Of a DNA stretch of 64,000 bases, positions 37,530 to 47,761 are shown piece after piece. The notes beneath the pieces are model-generated. The model saw only the letters and a program-made list of their open reading frames with translations. It made no database searches and was not told the origin of the DNA. How positions within the stretch are numbered: position 1 is the first letter of the stretch; each line of letters begins with the position of its first letter. The position numbers and the translations under genes are program-made. Source of the DNA: Candidatus Marinacidobacterales bacterium (GTDB lineage Bacteria; Acidobacteriota; Vicinamibacteria; Marinacidobacterales; DATDRI01). The stretch is from assembly GCA_965226495.1 (NCBI GenBank), contig OZ245365.1:1184001-1248000 (forward strand), in the 5' to 3' direction.

Positions 37530-38288
37530 CTAATTCCTCTCGAATCTGCAAATACGCACGTACGAAGCTGCCTTGAGGCTTGCCCCGCCTACCAAGGCGC
37601 CGTCGATGTCTGCCTCGGCCATGAGTGAATCAACATTATCGGGCTTGACGCTGCCGCCGTAGAGGATGCGTACCCCGGCGGCCGCCTCGTTTCCAAAAAG
37701 CTCTGCCAACTTGGCACGAATGGTTTGGTGTACCTCTTGCGCTTGTGCGGGGGTCGCGGTTCGTCCGGTCCCAATAGCCCAGATGGGTTCATACGCCACG
37801 ACCACTTTTGCCATCTGGCTCGCGGCTACGTCTTTCAGGGCGCCGGTCACCTGGCGGTCGACGACAACGAAGGTTACTCCCCGGTCTCTTTCTTCTTCCG
37901 ATTCTCCCACGCACACAATGGGAACCAGGTTGTGCTTGAACGCGGCGAGGACCTTGCGGTTGACGCCCTCGTCGGTCTCTCCGAACAACTGTCGACGCTC
38001 GGAGTGGCCGAGGATGACATAGCGGCAACCAACGTCCGTTAGCATCGCCGGCGCAATCTCGCCCGTGAAGGCTCCTTTATCCTCCCAGTGCATATTTTGG
38101 GCACCGAGTCCGATCGAGCTTCCGGCAAGTACTTTTCCGACCGCGGCGAGCGCAGTGAACGTTGGAGCCACGGCGATATCGACCCCATCGACCTCGCGAC
38201 AAGATGCGACGAGCTCCGAGGCCAACCGGGATGCCTCGGACGTCGTCATGTGCATCTTCCAGTTACCCGCGATGAACGGCTTACGCAT
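37530..38288 (-). CDS. tpiA: Triosephosphate isomerase
   Basis: AGNWKM, GHSERR and [11 protein letters not shown] motifs. Confidence 0.99.
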   Translation of the reverse strand: MRKPFIAGNWKMHMTTSEASRLASELVASCREVDGVDIAVAPTFTALAAVGKVLAGSSIGLGAQNMHWEDKGAFTGEIAPAMLTDVGCRYVILGHSERRQLFGETDEGVNRKVLAAFKHNLVPIVCVGESEEERDRGVTFVVVDRQVTGALKDVAASQMAKVVVAYEPIWAIGTGRTATPAQAQEVHQTIRAKLAELFGNEAAAGVRILYGGSVKPDNVDSLMAEADIDGALVGGASLKAASYVRICRFERN

Positions 38289-39453
38289 CGGTCAAGACCT
38301 CAACACCGGGTAACTTTTCTCCAGCCAAGAAATCCAACGACGCCCCGCCTCCCGTAGAGATGTGTGTGATTTGGTCCGCAACACCAGCGCGGTGTACAGC
38401 CAGAATGGAGTCGCCGCCGCCAACGAGGCTCGTGGCTTCACTCGACGCGACCGCATGGGCTATTTTGAGGGTTCCGTTCGCAAAGGGCTTTTTCTCAAAC
38501 ACTCCCATCGGACCGTTCCAGACTATCATTCTCGCGTCGCCGAGGATTCGCTCGTAATCGCGAACCGTTTCGGGACCGATGTCGAGTCCCATCCATCCGT
38601 CGGGAATCTCCCCGCTTGGGACGGTCCTCACCGACGCGACCGCAGCGAAGGACTCGGCTACCACGTGATCGCGCGGAAGCTCCAGTTTGTCGCCCGCCTG
38701 CCGCAATAACTCCTCAGCCAGTCCGATCTTGTCTTCTTCGACGAGAGAGTTACCCGTGGCGAGGCCCTTGGCTCTCAGGAACGTGTAGGCCATACCTCCG
38801 CCAATAAGAAGTCGGTCGACCTTAGTGAGCAAGTTCTTCACCACTTCGATCTTGTCGGATACCTTTGCGCCCCCCAAGAGTGCGATGAAGGGACGCGGTG
38901 CCGATGTCAGACACATATCGAGATAGCGAAGCTCGTTCTCCATCAGGAACCCGGCCGCCGCCTTAGGAAAGTGCTTTACCATCCCGACCGTTGAAGCGTG
39001 CGCACGATGCGCGGTTCCGAAGGCATCGTTAACATAGAACTCTCCCAGCGTCGCCAACTCGCTCGCGAAGGTCGCATCGTTTTTCTCCTCGCCCGGCGAG
39101 AAACGCAAGTTCTCGAGAAGTACGACGCTTTCCGAAAGATCGTCGGCCTGCTCTTTCGTTCCGAAACCGGGAGTCTGTGACGCAAAGCCAACCGGCATTT
39201 CTAGAAGCTGCGACAAGCGGGCGGCCACCGGTGCCAAGCTCAAGGCCTGGTTTGCCTTGCCTTTGGGGCGGCCCAGGTGTGAACCAAGAATCAGGCGCGC
39301 GCCGGCGCCGCAGGCATACCGCAGCGTGGGCAGCGTTGCGCGGATCCGCGTGTCGTCTGCGACTTTCCCGTCTTCGAGTGGAACATTGAAATCGACTCGC
39401 ATGAAAACGCGACGGCCCTTTAGGTCTAGCTCTTTTATAGAAAGCTTCCTCAT
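38281..39453 (-). CDS. pgk: Phosphoglycerate kinase
   Basis: [16 protein letters not shown] and [10 protein letters not shown] motifs. Confidence 0.99.
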   Translation of the reverse strand: MRKLSIKELDLKGRRVFMRVDFNVPLEDGKVADDTRIRATLPTLRYACGAGARLILGSHLGRPKGKANQALSLAPVAARLSQLLEMPVGFASQTPGFGTKEQADDLSESVVLLENLRFSPGEEKNDATFASELATLGEFYVNDAFGTAHRAHASTVGMVKHFPKAAAGFLMENELRYLDMCLTSAPRPFIALLGGAKVSDKIEVVKNLLTKVDRLLIGGGMAYTFLRAKGLATGNSLVEEDKIGLAEELLRQAGDKLELPRDHVVAESFAAVASVRTVPSGEIPDGWMGLDIGPETVRDYERILGDARMIVWNGPMGVFEKKPFANGTLKIAHAVASSEATSLVGGGDSILAVHRAGVADQITHISTGGGASLDFLAGEKLPGVEVLTDA

Positions 39454-39545
39454 AAAAGCGAAAACACACCAGTATATAGGCGTATCTATTGTGGTGTCAA
39501 CGTTTGGGCCAGAGGGTCGGTGCCGGCCTTCCCCTGGCCAGTCCG

Positions 39546-40748
39546 CTATCGGAGGGTCGAGCCGAGCTCGACGTTGCGCTGGGCGATTTCGAAGACTTGC
39601 AGCGCTTCTGTGATCTGCTCCGCCGAGTGCGTCGCCATGGCCGTCACCCGCAACCGGCTGGTTCCCCGAGGCACTGTGGGTGGTCGGATGCCATTAATAA
39701 AGACGCCTTCCTCCAGGAGTCGTTGCGCGAAGGTCATCGTACGACCGCCGTCGCCGTCGCCGATGACGACGGGAACGATATGGGCCTCCGATTCAAGCGT
39801 GGAGAGCCCGAGGTCACGAAACCCCGCTCGCAGCGCCTCTGCATTTCTGCGGAGTGCCCTGCGCCGCTCCGGCTCGCTCTCTACGATATCCAGGGCGGCT
39901 AGAGAGGCGGCGGCCACGGCCGGAGGAAGGGCGGTCGTGAACATCAGCATGCGAGATTGGTTGACGAGATACTCGATGAGCGTGTCGGAGCCGGCGACGA
40001 ACGCACCAAAGCTTCCCAAGGCTTTTCCCATCGTGCCCATGGTGACGTCCACCTGTCCACCAAGACCGAAGTGCTCGATCGCGCCACCTCCTCCAGGACC
40101 GAGGCACCCGATGGCGTGCGCCTCGTCGACCATCGTCCAAGCTCGGTAGCGGCGAGCTAGGGCCACGATATCCGGAAGGGGAGCCAGATCGCCGGCCATC
40201 GAGAATAGGCTGTCCGTCACGATGAGCTTGTTGTGAGCGGTACTCGCCCGCAGGAGCTGGTCGAGATGTTTCAGGTCCCGGTGCCGGAAAACGTGAGTAT
40301 CGGCGCGGGAGAACCGGCAGGCATCGATGATCGAAGCGTGGTTCAGCTCGTCGGAGAAAACGGCGTCGGTCGGACCGACGAGCGAGACGATCGTGCCGAC
40401 GTTGGCTACATACCCGGTGTTGAAGATGACGGCGCGCTCACAGCCCGTTAGGCGTGCGAGACGTTGCTCGAGCTGTTCATGCAACGCCATCGTGCCGGAG
40501 ACGTGGCGTGATGCACTGGCGCTCGTTCCCAGCTCGAGGGACGCTTCAGCGGCGGCGCTGCGCAGACGTGGATCGTCGGCAAGGCCCAAGTAGTTGTTGG
40601 AGCAGAGAAGCAAGACGTTTCGGCGCTCCCCGGTGTCCGGATCTTCCAACTGAACCGACGGCCCCTGAGGCCCGTGCACGATGCGGAAGGTCCTGTAGAG
40701 GCCCGCCTTGCGCACCGCCTCTAGGCATTCCTTGAGAAATGTCTCCAT
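39546..40748 (-). CDS. bioF: 8-amino-7-oxononanoate synthase
   Basis: [27 protein letters not shown] and IRPPTVP motifs. Confidence 0.88.
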   Translation of the reverse strand: METFLKECLEAVRKAGLYRTFRIVHGPQGPSVQLEDPDTGERRNVLLLCSNNYLGLADDPRLRSAAAEASLELGTSASASRHVSGTMALHEQLEQRLARLTGCERAVIFNTGYVANVGTIVSLVGPTDAVFSDELNHASIIDACRFSRADTHVFRHRDLKHLDQLLRASTAHNKLIVTDSLFSMAGDLAPLPDIVALARRYRAWTMVDEAHAIGCLGPGGGGAIEHFGLGGQVDVTMGTMGKALGSFGAFVAGSDTLIEYLVNQSRMLMFTTALPPAVAAASLAALDIVESEPERRRALRRNAEALRAGFRDLGLSTLESEAHIVPVVIGDGDGGRTMTFAQRLLEEGVFINGIRPPTVPRGTSRLRVTAMATHSAEQITEALQVFEIAQRNVELGSTLR

Positions 40749-40825
40749 CAGCTTCTTGGAGTATAACGAGAAGTTTCTGACCCGACGGAAGGCTTGCCGT
40801 CAGACTTCACGAGTGGGGCGCAACT

Positions 40826-41347
40826 CTATTTCCGCAGCGGCGGAAGCTCTTCGCCCTCGGGGACGAACTTCAGCGCCACGCCGTTATTGCACCACCTTTG
40901 GCCGGTCGGTTGGGGACCGTCATTAAATATGTGACCCTGATGGCCACCACAGCGAATGCAGTGATATTCCGTCCGTGGCAGGACGAGTTTGAAATCTTTC
41001 TTCGTACCGGTGCGGCCGTCGATCGGACGGAAGAAGCTGGGCCAGCCGGTGCCACTATCGAACTTCGTTTTCCACGCAAACAGAGGGAGGTAGCAGGCGG
41101 CGCAAATGAAGGTTCCCTTGCGTTTCTCTTTGTCCAAGGGGCTTGTGAAGGCCCGCTCCGTGCCGTCTTTGAAGAGCACTCGATAGGCATCTTCGTCGAG
41201 GAGCTCGCGCCACTCGTCCTTCGATTTCTCGAGCTTCTTGATTTCCTCTTGAGAGGATCCCATGGGTATGCCTTCTTTCGTTTGTACCAACCATGCGGGG
41301 AGCACAAGCCCAACACCCGCGGCCTTGAAGAAGTCTCGCCTGTTCAA
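40826..41347 (-). CDS. msrB: Methionine-R-sulfoxide reductase with Tat signal (Cys form)
   Basis: NRRDFFK after an AGGAGG RBS, GTERAF, GTGWPSF and GHIFNDGP..RWCNN. Confidence 0.95.
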   Translation of the reverse strand: MNRRDFFKAAGVGLVLPAWLVQTKEGIPMGSSQEEIKKLEKSKDEWRELLDEDAYRVLFKDGTERAFTSPLDKEKRKGTFICAACYLPLFAWKTKFDSGTGWPSFFRPIDGRTGTKKDFKLVLPRTEYHCIRCGGHQGHIFNDGPQPTGQRWCNNGVALKFVPEGEELPPLRK

Positions 41348-41536
41348 TGAGCACCTCCTGACATGAGTCATTTGCTCGCCGCCCAATTATAGCGCGAGGG
41401 GAAGCGTCCACCGTATCTGCCAATTTCGCGGCGTCTTAGCGGTGGGAGGGAAAGTGATGCGAGCGTCGGCGATTTTCTTCTTGTCGTGAATGGTGCCATC
41501 ACCTATACTCCGGGGCGACAACTGAATACGGACAGT

Positions 41537-41721
41537 CTCAGGTGCCCGAATCGCGGGGTAAAAGGGAATGGGGTGAGATGCCCCAACGGCCCACGCCACT
41601 GTGAGTAGGAAAGCCGGCCGCCTTGGTCCAAACCTTATTAGTAAGGAGCGGACAGCCACTTCCGGAAGGGAGGGAAGGCAGGCGGCGGCGATCGATCCTC
41701 AAGTCAGGAAACCTGCCTGAG
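41537..41721 (+). ncRNA. Cobalamin riboswitch
   Basis: AGGTGC..AAAAGGGAATGGGGTGAGATGCCCCAACGGCCC..GCCACTGTGA..GCCAC..GGGAAGGC..AAGTCAGGAAACCTGCCT. Confidence 0.95.
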
Positions 41722-41915
41722 CCTAGAAGTCGGGGCACTCTTCGATGGGAAGAGTCCGGTTTTGAGGGCAGGTTTCATCAAGCTCCTTGTTCTTCCCTGG
41801 AAGAGTGAGGAGCTTTTTCTATTTGCCTCCTCGCTCTCCCAGCCTGCCGCGAGACCCCACTCCGCTCGTCCGGATCTTCAACGGCGCCTCGGGCGCCAGA
41901 TTGGGAGGTCTACTG

Positions 41916-44342
41916 ATGAGGGCGAAACTCTTACTTGCGGTCGTTTTTTGGACTTTCGGTGTCGCAACACCGTTCGCAGCACAACAAACGGTTGGCACCA
42001 TCACCGTGCGCATCCAGGATCCGCAGGGCGCGATGATCGCCCGTGCCAAGGTATCTCTTTTTACGCGCGACAACCGCGTGCGGCTTTCCGTGCTCACCGA
42101 TGAGTCGGGTGAGTATCGGTTCGAGCGTCTTCTCGCCGGTGAGTACTTGATCACTGCGGAGGCGCCCGGGTTTTCTGGAGCCGAAGTGCGAACTCTTACT
42201 TTACCCAGTGGCGACTCGGTGATCGCCGACTTCAAGCTGAAACTGGCCGCTCTTCAGGAGAACGTCGTGGTCACCGCGTCCGGCAGCGCACAGACCGTCG
42301 ACCAGGTTTCTAAGGCCATCACGGTCGTGGAAGATAAAGAGATCGAGGCTCGTAATGAGTACTCGATCCCGGAGGTTCTCCGCACTGTTCCCGGTTTACG
42401 TGTTCAGCAGCTGGGCGGCCCGGGGGCTTTCGTTTCCATCAAGATGCGAGGGTTGCGCAGCGAGGATACCGCGGTCTTATTGGACGGCTTCCGGCTTCGA
42501 GACGCCGCGTCGACGCAGGGAGATGCTTCCGCGTTGATGGAGAGCTTGGTGGTCACCGATCTGGATCGGATCGAAGTGTTGCGCGGCTCCGGTTCGTCGC
42601 TCTATGGGACGAACGCAGTAGGCGGAGTCATCAATATAGTGACCGCCGAGGGGGGTGGACCCGCCCGGGGAAGCTTGCTTCTCGAGGGCGGCTCGCTCGA
42701 TCTTTTTCGCGGGCGAGCGCGGATCGCGGGAGGGTTCAAAGAAGACCGCGTGACCTATAGCATCGGCCTTACGCACCTGAACGTCGGTGAAGGGTTGGAC
42801 GGTGACGACGACGTGAAGAACACCAGTGTGCAAGGACAGATTCGCTGGCGCCCCTCCGCTACGGCGACGCTTTCCGCGAGGCTCTACACCGCAGACTCCT
42901 TCTCCAAGATCAACGAAACGCCACAATCAATTGGATCGATTCCGGCCACAGGAATCATAGAGGCGGTACCGCTCTCGCCATCGGAGGTCAACCGCTTCGA
43001 GGGTGGCGTACCGTCCTCGGAGCTCGTTCTCGGAGACGCGAATGTCATTCCTTCCGCGAACGATCCGGACAACACTCGACACGCGCGGTTCGTCTCGGCG
43101 GCGGTGAGCTTTGAGCAGAGGCCTTCTGAGACCTTTAGCTACTCTCTGGCCTATCATGGCTTGATGACCGACCGCGCGTTCAGAGACGGACCGCAAGGTG
43201 TATCGTTTGAGCCGAGCCGCGACACGCTCTCGGAATTCGACGGCCGCGTCCACACGTTTTACGCACTGGCTAATCTCGACCTCGGTTCCTGGAATTTCCT
43301 CACCGCCGGGTACGAGCTCGAGAGCGAAACCTTTATTAACTCCTCGTTCCCTGAGAATCCCGCAGAGAACTCTTCAGTCGATGTGACGCAAAGCAGCAAT
43401 ACGTTTTTCGTACAAGATCAGATGAATTTCCTTGAAGGCTCGCTACAGATCTCCGGTGCATTTCGCGCCCAGTTTTTCTCCCTGGATGACCCCATCTTCG
43501 CCCCGGTAGAGAACGCGCCCTATGCCGGAGTGCAAGTAGAAGATCCACCGCGTGCCCTGACCGGAGACGGTTCCCTCGCGTATTTCTTTCGGAGCTCGGG
43601 CACCAAGCTGCGAGCACACGTTGGGAATGCGTACCGCGCACCTTCGTTGTTCGAGCGGTTCGGCACCTTTTTCAGCACATTCGGATACTCAGTTTTCGGG
43701 GATCCGCGGCTCGAGCCGGAGCGCTCGCTTGGTTACGATATCGGAGTGGACCAGGCGATGTTTCGCCAACGGTTGAACCTTTCGGCGACCTTCTTCGACA
43801 CCCGACTCCAGCAAGTCATCGTTTTCGACTTCACCGGCGCCATTGATCCTGTCACCGATCCGTTCGGGCGCTTCGGCGGTTACCGCAGAGTCGACGGCGG
43901 AAACGCCAGAGGGCTGGAGCTGAGCTCTGCGGCGACTCCCACCGAGTCCCTACACCTTGCTGTCGCCTACACTTACACCGACACCGAGCCGCCCGCCGCA
44001 GGTGACGAGGCGCTAACGCAGGCGTTCGTCATTCCGAAGCATCAGTTTTCGCTGGTAGCGACGCAGTATCTCGCTCGCGATCTTTACGTGAACTTCGAGC
44101 TCAACGCGTCCGATAGCTACTTCGCGCCGGTTTTCGACCCCGTCACGTTCGTGAGCCGGACTTACCGCTTCGGAGGCATCCTGAAGGCCGACTTGGGTGC
44201 TAGCTACACGTGGCCGCTCGCGGGAGCCAAGGGCGTCCGGCTCTTCGGCAAAGTAGAGAATCTCTTCGACCGAGAGAACTTCGAAAGCGGTTTTCGCACG
44301 CCAGGCCGAACGGTTGTGGCCGGGGCGGCCTTCCAGTTCTAG
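41916..44342 (+). CDS. btuB: TonB-dependent cobalamin receptor
   Basis: DRIEVLRGSGSSLYGTNAVGGVINI plug motif, C-terminal Phe; under a B12 riboswitch. Confidence 0.9.
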   Translation: MRAKLLLAVVFWTFGVATPFAAQQTVGTITVRIQDPQGAMIARAKVSLFTRDNRVRLSVLTDESGEYRFERLLAGEYLITAEAPGFSGAEVRTLTLPSGDSVIADFKLKLAALQENVVVTASGSAQTVDQVSKAITVVEDKEIEARNEYSIPEVLRTVPGLRVQQLGGPGAFVSIKMRGLRSEDTAVLLDGFRLRDAASTQGDASALMESLVVTDLDRIEVLRGSGSSLYGTNAVGGVINIVTAEGGGPARGSLLLEGGSLDLFRGRARIAGGFKEDRVTYSIGLTHLNVGEGLDGDDDVKNTSVQGQIRWRPSATATLSARLYTADSFSKINETPQSIGSIPATGIIEAVPLSPSEVNRFEGGVPSSELVLGDANVIPSANDPDNTRHARFVSAAVSFEQRPSETFSYSLAYHGLMTDRAFRDGPQGVSFEPSRDTLSEFDGRVHTFYALANLDLGSWNFLTAGYELESETFINSSFPENPAENSSVDVTQSSNTFFVQDQMNFLEGSLQISGAFRAQFFSLDDPIFAPVENAPYAGVQVEDPPRALTGDGSLAYFFRSSGTKLRAHVGNAYRAPSLFERFGTFFSTFGYSVFGDPRLEPERSLGYDIGVDQAMFRQRLNLSATFFDTRLQQVIVFDFTGAIDPVTDPFGRFGGYRRVDGGNARGLELSSAATPTESLHLAVAYTYTDTEPPAAGDEALTQAFVIPKHQFSLVATQYLARDLYVNFELNASDSYFAPVFDPVTFVSRTYRFGGILKADLGASYTWPLAGAKGVRLFGKVENLFDRENFESGFRTPGRTVVAGAAFQF

Positions 44343-44360
44343 CCGGGACCGGAGAAGAAA

Positions 44361-45269
44361 ATGTCCCGCCTTCGAATATGTCGGACCGCAACCTCGGTCG
44401 GGTTGATCGTGCTCATGGCCGGGGTGATTGGGGCTAGGGGTGAGCCGAAGATCCCCCGAGCCATCATTTCGCTCTCGCCCAGCGTCACGGAGATTCTCCA
44501 TGGCGTCGGCGCGTTCGACCGGGTGGTAGCGGTTTCCAGCTTTTGCGAGTATCCGCCACAGGCAAAAGAGCTGCCGAGGGTTGGGGGTTGGCAAAACACG
44601 AGTTTGGAGCGGGTCGCATCGCTCGAGCCGGATTTGGTGATTATGACCGATGCCCAGGCGCCGTTCGTCCACGACCACCTCCAGGCGCTTGGCATCCGGA
44701 GCTTGGTCGTTGGCAGTCAGTCTCTCGAGGACGTTTTTTCTTCCATAACGGAGATCGGCCGTGCAGTGGGGCGGCGCGCGGAAGGTGAGCGACTCGCTGA
44801 GCGGGTTCGAGCTGAGCTTGAAGACGTTCGCCGACGGACCGCTGATCTACCTCGACCGCGGGTTCTTTGTGTCGTCGATCGCCTACCGGGGACGCTCCGG
44901 GACTTATACGTGGCGACCAAAGGAAGCTATTTTGCCGATCTCATCGTGATTGCAGGCGGTCAGCCGCTGTTGCCAACCGCGAGCCACAACTACGTCAAGA
45001 TAACCGCCGAAGCCGTGGTATCGCTGAACCCCGATGTGATTCTCGACATGGTGCAAGCCGTGGCCGCTCCGTTGACCCTCATCGCGGGAAATACGAGCCT
45101 CGCAGAAGATCCGAGCGGCGTGTGGCGAGCGCTCGGCGGTGTCCGCGCCGTGGAGGAGGGGCGAGTCTATCCGTTGCGGGATGCGCAACTGATCCATCCC
45201 TCCCAGTTTGTCGGAAAAACAGCGCGCCGGATTGCCGAGTTTCTGCACCCCGAAGCGTTCGAAGACTGA
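44361..45269 (+). CDS. btuF: Cobalamin ABC transporter substrate-binding protein
   Basis: IISLSPSVTEILHGVG and LEPDLVI motifs. Confidence 0.85.
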   Translation: MSRLRICRTATSVGLIVLMAGVIGARGEPKIPRAIISLSPSVTEILHGVGAFDRVVAVSSFCEYPPQAKELPRVGGWQNTSLERVASLEPDLVIMTDAQAPFVHDHLQALGIRSLVVGSQSLEDVFSSITEIGRAVGRRAEGERLAERVRAELEDVRRRTADLPRPRVLCVVDRLPGTLRDLYVATKGSYFADLIVIAGGQPLLPTASHNYVKITAEAVVSLNPDVILDMVQAVAAPLTLIAGNTSLAEDPSGVWRALGGVRAVEEGRVYPLRDAQLIHPSQFVGKTARRIAEFLHPEAFED

Positions 45270-45277
45270 GCCTAAAC

Positions 45278-46069
45278 GTGGACCTGCCATTGTTGCCATT
45301 GTTAGAAGCCTGCAACGTTCGTTTCGGCTACTCGCGAAGCGTCGAAGCGGTGCGTGGCGTTTCGCTGTCAATCCGGCAGGGAAGCTTTTGTGCGCTCATC
45401 GGACCCAACGGGTCGGGAAAATCAACCCTGTTACGTCTGCTGGCCGGCATCCTGGCGCCTCGCGAGGGCGAGATCCGCTTCGAAGGAAGGTCACTTGCGG
45501 CGGTCGATCGTCGTCGCTTGGCGACCCGCGTCGGGTACGTCTCCCAATCGCACAGCACGGTCTTTCCCTTTACGGCTCTCGAAGTCGTGCTGACCGGGCG
45601 CAGCCCTTACACTCCTTGGTTCCGTTTCGAGAACGAGGCCGACCGAGAAGTGGCCCGTCGAGCCCTGGCCACGGTGGATGCTCTGGACCTGGAGTCGCGT
45701 CCAGTCACAGAGCTCTCGGCCGGAGAGCGGCAACTGGTGGCGGTAGCGCGGGTCCTCGCACAGGACGCCGATTGCATGCTGCTCGATGAGCCCTCCGCGT
45801 CGCTGGATCTGAAACACCGCGCACGTCTCATCGCCACGCTGCGGCGTCTCCGCGACGAACGAGGCCTGACGACGGTGATGGTTACTCACGACCTCCAACT
45901 GTTAGATCCGGGACTCGACCATGCATTCGCCATGCGTGCCGGCGAGATCGTGGCGGAGGGCAGCCCTTCCGCGGTGTTGCACCAGAGTAAGTTGGTGGAG
46001 ATCTACGGGGACCCACGTGTCCGTTCGCGGCAGATGGACGGACGCACATTCGTATGGTCGGAGTGGTGA
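45278..46069 (+). CDS. btuD: Cobalamin ABC transporter ATPase
   Basis: GPNGSGKST, LSAGERQ and LLDEP motifs. Confidence 0.85.
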   Translation: MDLPLLPLLEACNVRFGYSRSVEAVRGVSLSIRQGSFCALIGPNGSGKSTLLRLLAGILAPREGEIRFEGRSLAAVDRRRLATRVGYVSQSHSTVFPFTALEVVLTGRSPYTPWFRFENEADREVARRALATVDALDLESRPVTELSAGERQLVAVARVLAQDADCMLLDEPSASLDLKHRARLIATLRRLRDERGLTTVMVTHDLQLLDPGLDHAFAMRAGEIVAEGSPSAVLHQSKLVEIYGDPRVRSRQMDGRTFVWSEW

Positions 46070-47109
46070 GGCTTCAGCAAGCGGCGGGTCTTGTATCGAC
46101 GCCGGTCGTGACCCGACCCGCCTCGCGGAGCTTGAAGGGGCCGCTTGTCCTCTTGCTTGGAGTTCTCGGTGTCGCGATATGGATCGCCCTGTTGTCGGGT
46201 CATCAGCGAGTCGATTGGACGGCACTTCGCTTAGATGAAACGACACGGATGATCTTCTTCCAAATACGGCTTCCTCGTGTCGCACTCGGCGTCCTGGTCG
46301 GAGCGTCTCTAGCCGTGGTTGGCGCCGCTTTACAGGCGCTGTTTCGCAACCCATTGGCCGATCCGTTCACACTCGGGGTCTCGGGCGGCGGGGCGTTCGG
46401 CGCCAGCGTAGCGATCGCGCTGGGTCTTGGTGCGCAAGTTGGCGGCATCCCGCTGGTCTTCGTCGCCGCCTTCATTGGAGCGGGAGCGGCGGTCTTCGTT
46501 GTGTATCGGTTGGCTTCGACGGGAGCCATCGTGTTACCTGGTGCATTACTCCTCGCCGGGATCGTCCTGAACCTAATCGCCGCCTCAGGTGTACTGGTGA
46601 TCCAGTTCCTTGCGGACTATACCCGAGCCTTGCAGATCCTTCGGTGGATGATCGGCAGTCTGGACGTGGTCGGATTCAGCTTGGTGTGGCGAATGGCCCT
46701 CTTCGTTCTGCCGGGCCTGGTCATGTTGGTGGTCTCTGCGCGCGACCTGCATCTGTTGGCGGTGGACGAGGAAACCGCGATCAGTCTGGGGGTCGACGTT
46801 CGCCGCGTGGAGAAAATGGTATACGCCGCCTCTTGCTTGGTAGTGGGAGCCACGGTTGCCGTGGCGGGGCCCATCGGATTCGTTGGGCTCATTGTTCCCC
46901 ATGCGGTGCGTGTCCTGTTTGGAGAAGATGTACGCATCGTTTTGCCTTGTTCTTTACTTCTTGGGGCGTCCTTTCTCGTGTTGGCCGATGCTGTGGCGCG
47001 CACGGTGCTCGGCGGGAGTGAGCTACCGGTGGGTGCGGTGACGGCGCTCGCCGGAGGACCAACCTTTCTATGGCTGCTGAGACGACGGCAACGATATTCG
47101 GCCCTTTAA
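46066..47109 (+). CDS. btuC: Cobalamin ABC transporter permease (FecCD family)
   Basis: IRLPR, FRNPLADP and GPIGFVGLIVPH motifs. Confidence 0.9.
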   Translation: MRLQQAAGLVSTPVVTRPASRSLKGPLVLLLGVLGVAIWIALLSGHQRVDWTALRLDETTRMIFFQIRLPRVALGVLVGASLAVVGAALQALFRNPLADPFTLGVSGGGAFGASVAIALGLGAQVGGIPLVFVAAFIGAGAAVFVVYRLASTGAIVLPGALLLAGIVLNLIAASGVLVIQFLADYTRALQILRWMIGSLDVVGFSLVWRMALFVLPGLVMLVVSARDLHLLAVDEETAISLGVDVRRVEKMVYAASCLVVGATVAVAGPIGFVGLIVPHAVRVLFGEDVRIVLPCSLLLGASFLVLADAVARTVLGGSELPVGAVTALAGGPTFLWLLRRRQRYSAL

Positions 47110-47162
47110 CGACGTAACGACGTAACGACGTAACGATGTGAGGATGTGAGGATGTGAGGATG
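47107..47162 (+). repeat. Compound 8-bp tandem repeat (TAACGAYG)x4 + (TGAGGATG)x3
   Basis: Read directly from the sequence; fills the btuC-pduO spacer. Confidence 0.95.
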
Positions 47163-47164
47163 CC

Positions 47165-47743
47165 ATGAGTATCTCGACGAAGCGCGGTGACGACGGGCAG
47201 ACGAGTTTGATCGGCGGTCGGCGTGTGTCCAAAGGTGCAGATCGGGTGGCAGCGTACGGCGCCATCGATGAGTTGATTTCGGTCATGGGATTCGCGCGTT
47301 CGATTTGCGACAACGCCGAAGTGCGAGAGCGGACGAAGGGGATCCAGCGCGAGTTGTTCGTGGTGAGCTCCTCCGTTGCGACGAGTCCGGATGCCAAGAA
47401 GAAAGAGACACCTGCGGTAACAAAAGAGAGTGTCGTGGCATTGACGCAGGATGTTAACCGCATCGAGAAGCTGGAGGGCCTCCTCGACGATTGGGTGCTC
47501 CCGGGAGAGCATCCGGGCGCCGCGGCTTTCGATGTGGCCCGCACGACGTGTCGCCGTGCAGAGCGAGACGTGGTTCGGTTAATGGAGTCCGGCGAGGAGG
47601 TCGATCCGAAAGTCGTCTCCTACCTCAATCGACTCTCCGATCTCCTTTGGTTGTTTGGGAGACGGTTGGAGAAGGATGCAGGGGTCGATGGGCGGCTGCG
47701 TGACGAGAAGCATTCCGGGGCTCGATGGTCGAGAGCTTGGTGA
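47165..47743 (+). CDS. pduO: PduO-type corrinoid adenosyltransferase
   Basis: TKRGDDGQT, AYGAIDEL, ARTTCRRAER and YLNRLSDLL motifs. Confidence 0.93.
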   Translation: MSISTKRGDDGQTSLIGGRRVSKGADRVAAYGAIDELISVMGFARSICDNAEVRERTKGIQRELFVVSSSVATSPDAKKKETPAVTKESVVALTQDVNRIEKLEGLLDDWVLPGEHPGAAAFDVARTTCRRAERDVVRLMESGEEVDPKVVSYLNRLSDLLWLFGRRLEKDAGVDGRLRDEKHSGARWSRAW

Positions 47744-47761
47744 TTCAGAGAAGAAGCGCAA

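Noticed and set aside
40826-41347. MsrB as another selenoprotein
   Set aside because: The catalytic position is an ordinary Cys (RWCNN) and there is no in-frame TGA.
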